43,751 nucleotides of DNA. Origin: Candidatus Onthousia faecipullorum. GTDB lineage: Bacteria > Bacillota_I > Bacilli_A > RF39 > UBA660. Of this stretch, positions 19,606 to 29,918 are shown piece after piece. Positions within the stretch are counted from its first letter, which is position 1, and the number at the start of each line of letters is the position of its first letter. Made by a program: the position numbers and the translations under genes. The notes beneath the pieces were generated by a model that searched no databases, had not been told where the DNA came from, and was given only the letters and a program-made list of their open reading frames with translations. The DNA is taken from assembly GCA_018715925.1 (NCBI GenBank), contig DVKQ01000030.1, forward strand, positions 1-43,751. The letters run 5' to 3'.

Positions 19606-20302
19606 AAAAATGGAATTTTCCCATAATGGTAAGAACTTGATATTATATTATGATGATAACTACTTTAAGATTACTACTGATAATCTTGCACTTGCTAACT
19701 TTATAAAGATTAAAAGTAAAGATAAGTTATTGGTAGAGTTTGGCAGTGGACTATTATCTATTCCTTTACTTCTATCTGCTAGAACTGATATAAAAATGGT
19801 AGGTATAGAAAAAGATAATAATGCTTCTAGACTTTCAGAAATATCTATAAAAGATAATCATTTAGAAGATAAGATTAAAGTTATTAATGATGATATAAAA
19901 AATATAAATAAATACTTTGCAATTAATTCTATTGATATTATAGTTTGTAACCCTCCGTATTTTCTTGTAGATAATGAATCTACTACTAGTGATAAAGAAT
20001 ATTTAAAGATGGCTAGACATGAAGGTGATATGACTATTAGTGATGTAGCACGTCTATCAAAAATTTATTTAAGAGATAGGGGAAGTTTATTTTTAGTAAG
20101 TCGTGCTGATAGATTATTTGAAATTAGAGATGTTTTAATTAAAAATAATTTGGCTGTTAAGGAAATGCAGTTTATTTATCATGATTTAGAGAAATGTGGT
20201 AAACTTGTTTTAATAGAGGCTAGGAAAAGTGGTAAAGAACATGGATTAAAGGTGTTAAAACCTATTATTTTAGAAAAAGAAAGTAGTGATGATAATGGAT
20301 AA
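19598..20302 (+). CDS. yabB: tRNA1(Val) A37 N6-methyltransferase family (YabB)
   Basis: EFGSG, CNPPYF, ARHE; synteny. Confidence 0.85.
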   Translation: MNKKMEFSHNGKNLILYYDDNYFKITTDNLALANFIKIKSKDKLLVEFGSGLLSIPLLLSARTDIKMVGIEKDNNASRLSEISIKDNHLEDKIKVINDDIKNINKYFAINSIDIIVCNPPYFLVDNESTTSDKEYLKMARHEGDMTISDVARLSKIYLRDRGSLFLVSRADRLFEIRDVLIKNNLAVKEMQFIYHDLEKCGKLVLIEARKSGKEHGLKVLKPIILEKESSDDNG

Positions 20303-21119
20303 ACCTAGTTTATATTTAATACCTACACCTATTGGTAATTTAGATGATATTACTATTAGAGGTTTAAAGACTTTAGAACTTGTTGATGTTATACTTTGCG
20401 AAGATACTAGGGAAACTTCTAAGTTACTTAGTAAATACAATATAAAAAACAAGTTAGTAAGTTGTCATGAATTTAATGAAGAGAAGATGAAAGATAAGGT
20501 ATTAGATTATTTAAATACTGGTTTAAATGTAGGATTAGTTACTGATCAGGGGACTCCTTTAATTAGTGATCCAGGTTATAGAATAGCCCTCTATATCTCA
20601 TCACATAATTATAATATAGTGAGTTTGCCTGGGGCGACTGCGTTTGTTCCAGCTTTAACTATATCTGCTTTAGCTCCGTCTCCTTTTACCTTTTATGGAT
20701 TTCTTAATGCAAAGAAAAATAAACAGATTAAAGAGTTAGAGTCTTTAAGAAATCATCCATATACATTAATATTTTATGAAGCACCTCATAGACTAATAGA
20801 TACATTAAATAATATTAAAGAAGTGTTTGGTGATAGAAAGATTTGTGTAGTTAGAGAAATATCTAAAAAGTATGAACAAGCGATAAGAGGTAAAATTAGT
20901 GAAGTATTAGAGACTGATTTTCCTATTAAAGGAGAATTTGTTATTGTGGTAGAAGGTGCTACTTTAGAATTTGATTTTAATAGTATGAGTATTGTAGAAC
21001 ACGTTGATTTTTATATAAAAGATGGTAATACTAAAAATGAAGCGATTAAGTTAGTGGCAAAAGAAAGAGGTATTCCTAAGTCTGTTGTCTATAAAGAATA
21101 TCTTGATAAGAATAAATAA
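20286..21119 (+). CDS. rsmI: 16S rRNA C1402 2'-O-methyltransferase
   Basis: PTPIGNL, CEDTR, GTPLISDPG, FYEAPHR; exact start uncertain. Confidence 0.97.
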   Translation: MMIMDKPSLYLIPTPIGNLDDITIRGLKTLELVDVILCEDTRETSKLLSKYNIKNKLVSCHEFNEEKMKDKVLDYLNTGLNVGLVTDQGTPLISDPGYRIALYISSHNYNIVSLPGATAFVPALTISALAPSPFTFYGFLNAKKNKQIKELESLRNHPYTLIFYEAPHRLIDTLNNIKEVFGDRKICVVREISKKYEQAIRGKISEVLETDFPIKGEFVIVVEGATLEFDFNSMSIVEHVDFYIKDGNTKNEAIKLVAKERGIPKSVVYKEYLDKNK

Positions 21120-21143
21120 ATAATTTGGAGAAGAGGTAAGGTT

Positions 21144-21707
21144 ATGAAATTAGTTGTTGGTCTTGGTAATAAAGGTAGAGAATATGAGAATACTAGACAT
21201 AATATGGGATTTATGTTAGTAGATAGATATTTACAGTATAAAAATATTACAGATAAGTTTAAAGATAAATTTAATGCTATCTATATAGAAACTACTATTA
21301 ATAATGAGAAAGTAATCTTTATTAAACCAATGACTTATATGAATAATTCTGGTATTGCTGTTAGAGCCTTTGTTGACTTTTATAAACTAAATAGTGAAGA
21401 TATTTTAGTTATCAGTGATGATCTTGATTTAGATTTGGGTAAGTTTAGATTAAGAAGGAATGGAAGTAGTGGAGGACATAATGGTTTAAAGAGTATTATT
21501 TCTCATCTTGGAACTGATAACTTTAAAAGACTTAGAATAGGTATTTCTAATGATAAAGATGATGTTATTAATTATGTCTTATCTAAGTTTAGTAAGAAAG
21601 AATTAAGTGAGATTGATACAATGTTTGATACCTTAGTTAATGTTTTAGATGATTATTTTGTAATGGATTTTACCTCTTTGATGAGTAAATATAATAGAAA
21701 GGGGTAA
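21144..21707 (+). CDS. pth: peptidyl-tRNA hydrolase
   Basis: GLGN, TRHN, TYMNNSG, GGHNGLKS. Confidence 0.98.
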   Translation: MKLVVGLGNKGREYENTRHNMGFMLVDRYLQYKNITDKFKDKFNAIYIETTINNEKVIFIKPMTYMNNSGIAVRAFVDFYKLNSEDILVISDDLDLDLGKFRLRRNGSSGGHNGLKSIISHLGTDNFKRLRIGISNDKDDVINYVLSKFSKKELSEIDTMFDTLVNVLDDYFVMDFTSLMSKYNRKG

Positions 21708-21709
21708 TT

Positions 21710-24700
21710 ATGAAAGTATTTGATAACTTCTTTGAGAAAATTTATGATAAAGATATCGCTCTTACAGGGATGACTGAAGAGCTTTTTGCCGTTTATGTAA
21801 ATAAGCTTTATGATAGTAATAATAATATTTTAATAGTTACTTCTAATCTAGTAGAATCTAATAGTTTATATAGAGTCATTAGTAATTATGTAGATAATGT
21901 ATATTTGTTTCCAATGGATGACTTTTTAACTAGTGAAGCGATGGCTATTAGTCCTGATTTAATGGTTACTAGACTTGAGACATTAAAAGAAGTAAGTAGT
22001 GGTAAGCCTTCGATAGTTATTACTAACTTAATGGGATATTTAAGATATTTACCATTAAAAAAAGAATATTTAAAGAGTGCTTTATCTTTAAAAGTAAATG
22101 ATGAGATTAGTCCTAAAGAATTAGTTGAAAAACTTACTAATATAGGATATGAGAGAACTACTTTAGTTACTAAGACAGGTGAAATTGGTGTTAGAGGGTT
22201 TGTTATAGATATTTTTCCATTAGGTGAATCTAATCCTATAAGATTAGAGTTTTTTGGTGATACAATAGATTCTATTAGATACTTTGATGGTAAAACTCAG
22301 AAGTCTTTGAGTGAAATAAATAGTGTAGATATATATCCTTATACAGAAATATTTTCTAATGATACCTTTATAGATGAAGAAAAGAGAAACACTAAATATT
22401 TAAGTGAATATGGAGATGTAACTAATATTGGTGGTTATTTAGATAATCATATTACTATTTATAAAGATAAGAGTTCAATGTTAATTAATTATAAACAGAT
22501 ATGTACTGATATGTTAGAGTATAGGGAAGAGAAAGACATAGACTTTAAAGGTAGTTATATGTTTGACTTTGATGATATCTATGAAAACAATGCTCTACAT
22601 TATTTAACTGTAGATAATTTAGATAAGTCTTTAAAGGTTATTAATTTTAATAGTAAGGAACTACCTTTATTTAATGATGATATAGAAGGTATTACTAAAT
22701 ATATTAGAGAAAAGTTATATGCTAATTATACTGTTATTGTTTGTTTAAAAGATTATCAGTTACATAGTTTTAGAAGTAAGATATCTTTACCTGTAATGGA
22801 TACGACTATGGAGGAAATTTATCCTAATAAGCTTAACTTAGTTTCATTTGGATTAGATAGTGGTTTTCAATATAAAAATTATATCTTTTTAACGGGTAGA
22901 GAGTTATTTAAAAATAATGAAAAGGTTAAGAGGTATAAGACTAAGTTTAAATATAATACAAAAATAACTGATTTAAATAAATTAGAGATAGGAGACTATG
23001 TTGTTCATCAAGTTCATGGTATTGGTATTTATAATGGGTTAAAGACTTTAGAACAACAAGGTATACTTAAAGATTATATAGAAGTATTGTATCAGGGTAA
23101 TGATAAGCTTTATATTCCTGTTGAGAAGATTGATATGCTTTATAAATATACTGGTAAAGAGGGAGTTCGTCCTACTATTTATAAACTTGGTGGTAAAGAG
23201 TGGGAGAAAGTAAAAACACGTGTTAAAAGTAAAGTCCAAGATATGGCTAATGATTTGTTAAGAGTACAAGCGGAAAGAGAAAGACAAAAGGGTTTTGCTT
23301 TTTCTCATGATAATGTACTACAAAAAGAGTTTGAGGATGCTTTTCCTTATGTAGCAACAAATGATCAGTTACTTGCTACTAAACAGATAAAAGAAGATAT
23401 GGAAAAAGTTTCTCCTATGGATAGATTATTAGTAGGGGATGTTGGTTTTGGTAAGACAGAAGTTGCTTTTAGGGCAGCCTTTAAAGCGATTATGGATAAT
23501 AAGCAAGTATTGCTTTTATGTCCGACAACGATTCTTTCTAGTCAACATTATAAGAATGCTCTTGAGAGATTTAAAGATTTTCCTGTTAATATTGGTCTTT
23601 TAAATAGATTTACTAGTACAAGAGAACGTAATAGAATATTAGAAGAGTTAAGAGAAGGAACAATAGATTTTGTTATTGGTACTCATAGAATACTTAGTGA
23701 TGATATTAGACCAAAAGATTTGGGATTATTAATTATTGATGAGGAGCAGAGATTTGGAGTTAAACATAAAGAAAAGTTAAAACAATATAAGAGTACTGTT
23801 GATGTTTTAACTTTAACGGCTACACCTATTCCAAGAACTTTACAAATGTCTATTGCAGGTATTAGGAGTTTGTCTTTAATAGAGACTCCACCACGTGATA
23901 GATATCCTATTCAGACTTATGTTATTGGCTATAATAAACAACTTGTTAAAGAAGCGATTATGAAAGAGATGTCTCGTGATGGACAAGTATTTCTATTATT
24001 TAATAATGTAGAAAATATAGAACAGGAAGTAATGGAGATAGAGAATCTTGTCCCTAGTGCTAGAGTTATTTATGCTCATGGTAGGATGGATAAGACAAAG
24101 ATTGAAGATGTTATGCAACAATTTATTGATCACGAAGCGGATGTTTTAGTGTGTACGACCATAATAGAAACTGGTATAGATATTCCTAATGTTAATACAT
24201 TAATTATTTTAGATGCTGATAGATTTGGTCTTGCTCAGTTATATCAGATTAGAGGTAGAGTTGGTCGTAGTAATAAAATAGCTTACTGTTACTTAATGTA
24301 TCAAGAGCATAAAGTATTAACTGAGACTGCTGAAAAGCGTTTAAAAGTTATTAAAGAATTTACTGAATTAGGTAGTGGTTTTTCTATTGCAACTCGTGAT
24401 TTATCTATTAGAGGAGCAGGAGATATTTTAGGAAGTAAACAAGCTGGTTTTATTGATAGTGTTGGTATTGACCTTTATTTAAAGATGCTTAATGAAGAAG
24501 TTGAACGTCTTAAAGGTAATGTTGTGGAAGAAGATAGTGAAGAAGAGTCTAATAAAACATTACTTAATGTATCTACTCATATTAGTGATGACTATGTAAC
24601 TGATGATGATCTTAAGATTATGATTCATAGAATGATTAATGAAATAGATAGTAAAGAGAAACTTGAAGAAGTTAGAAGTGATTTAGAGGATAGATTCGGT

Positions 24701-24994
24701 AAACTAAGTGAAGATATTATTATTTATATGTATGAAGAGTGGTTTGAGAAACTTGTTAAACAAGTGGGAGTTACTAAAGTTAGTGAGACTAAAAATACTA
24801 TTGAACTTTACTTTAATAGAGAATCTACTAGTAAGTTAAATACAGAAGATTTATTTATGAATGCTTATCAGATTACACCTATGTTTAGATTTAAGAGTAG
24901 AGAAAGTGATTTAACTATTATTTTAGATATTGTTAAATTAGAGAAGCATCCTATTTATTATTTAGTCGCCTTGTTATCTAGTATGGTAGGCTAA
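21710..24994 (+). CDS. mfd: transcription-repair coupling factor
   Basis: GDVGFGKTE, DEEQRFG, TATPIPRT, QIRGRVGR. Confidence 0.99.
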   Translation: MKVFDNFFEKIYDKDIALTGMTEELFAVYVNKLYDSNNNILIVTSNLVESNSLYRVISNYVDNVYLFPMDDFLTSEAMAISPDLMVTRLETLKEVSSGKPSIVITNLMGYLRYLPLKKEYLKSALSLKVNDEISPKELVEKLTNIGYERTTLVTKTGEIGVRGFVIDIFPLGESNPIRLEFFGDTIDSIRYFDGKTQKSLSEINSVDIYPYTEIFSNDTFIDEEKRNTKYLSEYGDVTNIGGYLDNHITIYKDKSSMLINYKQICTDMLEYREEKDIDFKGSYMFDFDDIYENNALHYLTVDNLDKSLKVINFNSKELPLFNDDIEGITKYIREKLYANYTVIVCLKDYQLHSFRSKISLPVMDTTMEEIYPNKLNLVSFGLDSGFQYKNYIFLTGRELFKNNEKVKRYKTKFKYNTKITDLNKLEIGDYVVHQVHGIGIYNGLKTLEQQGILKDYIEVLYQGNDKLYIPVEKIDMLYKYTGKEGVRPTIYKLGGKEWEKVKTRVKSKVQDMANDLLRVQAERERQKGFAFSHDNVLQKEFEDAFPYVATNDQLLATKQIKEDMEKVSPMDRLLVGDVGFGKTEVAFRAAFKAIMDNKQVLLLCPTTILSSQHYKNALERFKDFPVNIGLLNRFTSTRERNRILEELREGTIDFVIGTHRILSDDIRPKDLGLLIIDEEQRFGVKHKEKLKQYKSTVDVLTLTATPIPRTLQMSIAGIRSLSLIETPPRDRYPIQTYVIGYNKQLVKEAIMKEMSRDGQVFLLFNNVENIEQEVMEIENLVPSARVIYAHGRMDKTKIEDVMQQFIDHEADVLVCTTIIETGIDIPNVNTLIILDADRFGLAQLYQIRGRVGRSNKIAYCYLMYQEHKVLTETAEKRLKVIKEFTELGSGFSIATRDLSIRGAGDILGSKQAGFIDSVGIDLYLKMLNEEVERLKGNVVEEDSEEESNKTLLNVSTHISDDYVTDDDLKIMIHRMINEIDSKEKLEEVRSDLEDRFGKLSEDIIIYMYEEWFEKLVKQVGVTKVSETKNTIELYFNRESTSKLNTEDLFMNAYQITPMFRFKSRESDLTIILDIVKLEKHPIYYLVALLSSMVG

Positions 24995-25058
24995 GTTTTC
25001 CTTTATAAAAAGAAGAGAATAGTGTATAATATATGGCAAATGAAGGAAGAGAGATTTT

Positions 25059-25530
25059 GTGAGAGAAAATACATTTGATGTTCCAGCTTATAAGTTTTTT
25101 GCTTGGAAGATAAATGACGGGAAAAAATATCATTCATATGATGAATATAACTATTCAATTTCTAATACTAATAACCGTATTATATTTTTTCCTTTTGAAA
25201 ATATAGATGGAAGAGGTTCAGTCTTTGTTATCTACATCTGAGATAGTCATTGCTGGGAGTTTATATTGTTACTTCAATTATGGTGAAGGTAGAGACTCTT
25301 ATAATTTTGATAAGGCAAACTGGTTTTATTTTGATCCTAATTATCTTAAAGAACATAGAGATGAAACTATTGATAAATTATTAGAAGAATGTATGGAAAG
25401 AGATTATATGTCAAAAGATGAATACACTAAAAGAATGTATAGATGTTTTTTTGAAAGATATCAAGATGGTAGTTATGAAAAAACTAAAGAAAGAGTTAAG
25501 AGATTAGAAATGCAAAGTAATAATAAATAA
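25059..25530 (+). pseudogene. hypothetical gene split into two overlapping frames
   Basis: 25059-25241 overlaps 25207-25530 in the +1 frame; the second ORF lacks an RBS. Confidence 0.5.
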
Positions 25531-25623
25531 TAATATTCTAAGAGTGGAGCTTAGGCTCTTTTTTCTTTTGTCTCTTGACTAAAACCTTTTATCTTCTTAT
25601 ACTTATTAGTAGAATTGGAGGCT

Positions 25624-26262
25624 ATGATGGTAGTGGTTAAAGAGGATATTTTAAAACAACATAAACAAATATTAATGACAGCAGGGGTTGAACTTGCTAC
25701 TAATAATACTAATTCTTTAATAGAAGATGATATTATTAATGGAGTTATAGAAGTACCACTTGAAGCGATGGATACAGTTAAACAAAGAGTTCTTAATATT
25801 GCTAAACATAACAATTTAATTTTAAATAGTGATAAATTTAATGAAGTTTTAATTGGTTATAAAGATGAATTAAAGAAGCAATTTAGAAATATTTTTAAGA
25901 AAAGAATAAAATTAATAGAAGATAATTATTCTAAGTTTGATGATGATAAACCAATGGACTTAGTTAAAAATTTAAAGAAAGAGTTAGTTAAATTTAATAA
26001 AGAAGTGAAAAAAGAAGAGAAACAAGTTCTTACTAGTCTTGTTAAAGAGAAACTTGTAAGTAATTTAGATTTAATAGTTAAAGATGATAATACTACTTTT
26101 AAGAAAGATGCTACTAAGTTTTTACAAACAACCTATGTTAAACAAATATTAGAGACTGTTGATATGAAAATATTGGTTAAAGATACGATACTTCTTAATA
26201 GTCTTAAAGAACAGATAGAGAGGTTTGTTTTTACTAAAGAAAATTCTCATTTATTTGATTAG
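25624..26262 (+). CDS. hypothetical protein (lysine-rich, likely helical)
   Basis: Long ORF with a GGAGG RBS; no family recognised. Confidence 0.8.
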   Translation: MMVVVKEDILKQHKQILMTAGVELATNNTNSLIEDDIINGVIEVPLEAMDTVKQRVLNIAKHNNLILNSDKFNEVLIGYKDELKKQFRNIFKKRIKLIEDNYSKFDDDKPMDLVKNLKKELVKFNKEVKKEEKQVLTSLVKEKLVSNLDLIVKDDNTTFKKDATKFLQTTYVKQILETVDMKILVKDTILLNSLKEQIERFVFTKENSHLFD

Positions 26263-26414
26263 ATGAGTATTTTTTTTGTATCTTTTGTTAACTGGAAATA
26301 ATTACCAGAGAAAAAAAGTCCTTCTTACGTATATAATATCAATAGATAGCATAATTTTGATGGTATAAAATGGGCTGATATTGGAATAATACTACTGAAA
26401 AGGAAGGAGAGCTT

Positions 26415-26954
26415 ATGAAGACAACAGGTGTAGTTAGAAGAGTTGATGACTTGGGAAGAATTGTAATTCCTAAAGATATTAGAAAATCTCTTAGAATTAG
26501 AGATGGTGAAAGTTTAGAATTTTTTGTAGATAAAGAAACTATAAGCTTAAAGAAGTTTTCTACTAGTGATTTTTTAAGTGATATTGCACAGTCATTACTT
26601 GATACTATTTATATGACTATTAGTAAGAATATCTTTGTTACAGATAGAGATAAGTTTGTAGCAGGTACTGGTAAGTATAAGAAAGAGTTTTGTGGTTGTA
26701 ATATCTCTACTAAATTAGAAGAGTGTTTATTTGAAACAGAGAGTCTAGTTAAAGGAACTTGCTCAGTGGAAGAAATAGTAGATAGTAAAAAATCAAGTGA
26801 AGAGTATAAGTATATTATTAGCCCTATACTATCAGATGGGGAAACTATTGGACTTGCTTTAATGCTTAATGAAGATGGTAAGACTTTTACTGAAGAAGAT
26901 GAACATATAATACAAATAATTGCTAATTTCTTATCAAAATATCTTGAAGATTAA
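26415..26954 (+). CDS. spoVT: stage V sporulation protein T (AbrB domain plus GAF-like domain)
   Basis: TGVVRRVDDLGRIVIPK followed by VTDRD and SPILSDGETIG; 179 aa. Confidence 0.92.
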   Translation: MKTTGVVRRVDDLGRIVIPKDIRKSLRIRDGESLEFFVDKETISLKKFSTSDFLSDIAQSLLDTIYMTISKNIFVTDRDKFVAGTGKYKKEFCGCNISTKLEECLFETESLVKGTCSVEEIVDSKKSSEEYKYIISPILSDGETIGLALMLNEDGKTFTEEDEHIIQIIANFLSKYLED

Positions 26955-26972
26955 TTTTTCTTGTGATAGAAT
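26944..26972 (+). promoter_or_regulatory. sigma-A promoter of the metG leader
   Basis: TTGAAG-17 bp-TAGAAT with an extended TG. Confidence 0.65.
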
Positions 26973-26979
26973 ATCGTTA

Positions 26980-27213
26980 TTAAAAGTTGTGATGAAGAGT
27001 CTTATAAATTCTAGTTATAGAGAGTTCTTGGATGGTGGAAAAGAAACGAATGATTATATAAGATATGGCTTCTGAACTTTCATATTGATATGTAAGTATG
27101 AACGTGCTAAGTGTTAATTAGAATAAGTGTACAAGATTTATTGTGAAGAAAGGTGGTACCACGGGTTAGCTCGTCCTTTCGTTATAATAAATCTTTTTAT
27201 TTTTGAGGAGGAG
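26980..27213 (+). promoter_or_regulatory. T-box riboswitch (Met specifier)
   Basis: TGATGAAG/CTTCTGAA K-turn, AGAGA, GGTGGAA, ATG specifier at 27065-27067, T-box AAGGTGGTACCACG...CGTCCTT. Confidence 0.93.
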
Positions 27214-27219
27214 ATATTA

Positions 27220-28758
27220 ATGGAGAAATATTATATTACAACTGCTATAAGTTACACATCAGGAAAGCCACATATTGGTAATACATATGAAGTAGTACTT
27301 GCTGATGCTATTGCAAGGTATAAAAGAAGTAAAGGTTATGATGTTTATTTTCAAACTGGTACTGATGAACATGGATTAAAAATAGAGACAAAAGCTCATG
27401 ATGCGGGAGTAGAACCTCAAGAATTTGTTGATTCTATTGCAACTGAGATTAAAAGAATTTGGGATTTAATGGATACTAGTTATGATAAGTTTGTTAGAAC
27501 TACTGATAAACATCATGAAGAAGTTGTTCAAAAAATATTTAATAAATTATATGAACAGGGGGATATTTATAAAGGTGAGTATGAAGGATGGTACTGTACT
27601 CCTTGTGAATCTTTCTTTACTGATAGTCAATTAGTAGATGGTAAATGTCCTGATTGTGGAAGAGATGTTCAAAAACAAAAAGAAGAAGCTTATTTCTTTA
27701 GAATGAGTAAATACCAAGATAGATTGTTAAAATATATCGAAGAGCATGATGATTTTATAGAACCAGAATCTCGTAAGAATGAGATGATAAATAATTTCTT
27801 AAAACCTGATTTACAAGATTTATGTGTTACTAGGACTACTTTTAAATGGAGTATTCCTGTTACATTTGATCCTAAACATGTTATTTATGTATGGATTGAT
27901 GCTTTAACAAATTATATAACTTTTATTGGGTATGATCCTCTAGGCAGTAGTGAGTTGTTTAAAAAACTTTGGCCAGCTGACTTACATTTAATTGGAAAGG
28001 ATATACTCCGTTTTCATACTATTTACTGGCCTATAATATTAATGGCTTTAGATTTGCCTTTGCCTAAAAAAATATTTGGTCATCCTTGGCTACTTACTGA
28101 TAATGATAAGATGAGTAAAAGTAAAGGCAATGTTATATATGCCGATGATTTAGTAGAGTTATTTGGTGTTGATGCAGTTAGATATTATTTACTTAAAGAG
28201 ATTCCTTATGCTAATGATGGTAATTTAACTTATGAATTACTTATTGATGTAATTAATAGTGATCTTGCTAATACTTTAGGTAATTTAGTACAGCGTACTA
28301 TTAGTATGGCTAATAAGTATTTTGATGGTGTCGTTACTAATAAAAAAGTATATGAAGACTTAGATAGTGAATTTATTGATAAAATTAATAGTTTAAGTAG
28401 TAATATTGATAAATCAATGGATAAGTTAGCAGTATCTGATGCTATTAATTCAATTTTAGAAGTATTAAGAGCTAGTAACAAGTATATTGACGAAACTACT
28501 CCATGGATACTTGCTAAAGATGATGCTAGTAAAGATAGATTAGAGACTGTTTTATATAATTTACTTGAATCTATTAGAGTATGTTCTATTAATATATCTT
28601 TTGCAATACCTTCTACATCTAAAGAAATTTTTAGACAAATTAATAATAATAGTGAAGAAAATAGTTATCTAAAAGATAATAAATATGAAGTAGGAACTCC
28701 TAGTGTATTATTTCAAAGAATAGATAAAGATAAGTTCTTAAATGAGCATGATTTGTAA
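27220..28758 (+). CDS. metG: methionine--tRNA ligase (short form, no C-terminal tRNA-binding domain)
   Basis: HIGN, GTDEHG, CTPC...CPDC, KMSKS; start at 27220 after GAGGAGG. Confidence 0.98.
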   Translation: MEKYYITTAISYTSGKPHIGNTYEVVLADAIARYKRSKGYDVYFQTGTDEHGLKIETKAHDAGVEPQEFVDSIATEIKRIWDLMDTSYDKFVRTTDKHHEEVVQKIFNKLYEQGDIYKGEYEGWYCTPCESFFTDSQLVDGKCPDCGRDVQKQKEEAYFFRMSKYQDRLLKYIEEHDDFIEPESRKNEMINNFLKPDLQDLCVTRTTFKWSIPVTFDPKHVIYVWIDALTNYITFIGYDPLGSSELFKKLWPADLHLIGKDILRFHTIYWPIILMALDLPLPKKIFGHPWLLTDNDKMSKSKGNVIYADDLVELFGVDAVRYYLLKEIPYANDGNLTYELLIDVINSDLANTLGNLVQRTISMANKYFDGVVTNKKVYEDLDSEFIDKINSLSSNIDKSMDKLAVSDAINSILEVLRASNKYIDETTPWILAKDDASKDRLETVLYNLLESIRVCSINISFAIPSTSKEIFRQINNNSEENSYLKDNKYEVGTPSVLFQRIDKDKFLNEHDL

Positions 28759-28784
28759 AATTTTTGTGTAAACTAAAAAATAAT

Positions 28785-28815
28785 TAGGGTGATTTTGTAA
28801 ATTATCCTATTTTTT
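28785..28815 (+). terminator. terminator after metG
   Basis: TAGGGTGATTT-TGT-AAATTATCCTA-TTTTTT. Confidence 0.7.
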
Positions 28816-28883
28816 ATGTTATAGTTGAAGGGTAGTGGCCGTAGTAACAAGTAGTATTTGAAGTCGTAAGAAAGGAAAGAGTT

Positions 28884-29063
28884 ATGACTAAGAAACGAAA
28901 GTTAGAAATTGAAGTAGTGGCAGTTGGAGTTCTTTATGGAGTTTTAGTTGTAATGGTTATTATAGGGCATAATATATTAGATATCGGTTATTTAGTTGTA
29001 TTAACTTTTTATTTAATAAGATTGTTTTTATGTCGAAGAAAAAAGAATAAGTCTTGTAAATAG
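28884..29063 (+). CDS. small membrane protein (59 aa), not in the ORF track
   Basis: AAAGGA RBS; MTKKRKLEIEVVAVGVLYGVLVVMVIIGHNILDIGYLVVLTFYLIRLFLCRRKKNKSCK has two hydrophobic stretches and basic ends. Confidence 0.65.
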   Translation: MTKKRKLEIEVVAVGVLYGVLVVMVIIGHNILDIGYLVVLTFYLIRLFLCRRKKNKSCK

Positions 29064-29122
29064 TAAAATACTGTTTAGAAGATTCTTTTTTTGATATAAT
29101 GTTTTTAGGAAGTGATAATTTT

Positions 29123-29878
29123 ATGTTTATAGATACACATTGTCATTTAAGTAGGGAAGACTATGATGATATAGATAAAGTTATAAAAGAAGATATAGAA
29201 GCAGGTGTTGATAAAATAGTTGTATCAGGTTGTAGTAGAGAAAGTATAGATGAAGTAATGAAGTTAAGAGATAAGTATGATATAGTTTATGTTACGATAG
29301 GATATCATCCAGAATATGCAGATAATGTAAGAGAAAAAGATTTAGATTATTTAAAGAGATTATTAAGTGAGAAAAAAGTTGTTGGTATTGGTGAGATAGG
29401 GCTTGACTATCATTATACTAAAGAAAATAGAGATAAGCAGATATGGTTATTTGAAGAACAATTAAAAATTGCTGAAGAGTTTAATTTACCTGTTGTAATA
29501 CATTCTAGAGATGCAACACAGGATACTATTAATACTTTAAAAAAATATAGAGTAAAGGGAATAATTCATTGTTTTAGTGGAAGTTTAGAGACTGCTAAAA
29601 TGTATATATCTATGGGATTTTTATTAGGTATAGGGGGAGTTGTTACATTTAAAAACTCTAAATTAAAAGATGTTGTTAAAGAGATTTCTTTAGAGTTTAT
29701 TGTACTTGAGACTGATAGTCCGTATCTTGCACCAGTTCCTTATAGAGGTAAAGTTAATTCTTCTAAGTATTTAGAATATATTGCTAAGTTTATTTCTGAT
29801 ATTAAAAATATAAGTGTTAGTGAATTAGCAGAAATTACCAGTAAAAATGCTTCATGTTTATTTGACTTTAACAAGTAA
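29123..29878 (+). CDS. tatD: TatD-family deoxyribonuclease
   Basis: DTHCH, GEIGLDY, HSR, HCFSG, ETDSPYL. Confidence 0.97.
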   Translation: MFIDTHCHLSREDYDDIDKVIKEDIEAGVDKIVVSGCSRESIDEVMKLRDKYDIVYVTIGYHPEYADNVREKDLDYLKRLLSEKKVVGIGEIGLDYHYTKENRDKQIWLFEEQLKIAEEFNLPVVIHSRDATQDTINTLKKYRVKGIIHCFSGSLETAKMYISMGFLLGIGGVVTFKNSKLKDVVKEISLEFIVLETDSPYLAPVPYRGKVNSSKYLEYIAKFISDIKNISVSELAEITSKNASCLFDFNK

Positions 29879-29918
29879 CAATGCTAGTATTATCTTAAGT
29901 AGAAAATGAGGTAAAAAG

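Noticed and set aside
26415-26954. AbrB/MazE antitoxin of a toxin-antitoxin pair
   Set aside because: Length and C-terminal domain fit SpoVT, and there is no adjacent toxin
27127-27219. N-terminal extension of MetG
   Set aside because: It is the T-box antiterminator region; the real start is 27220
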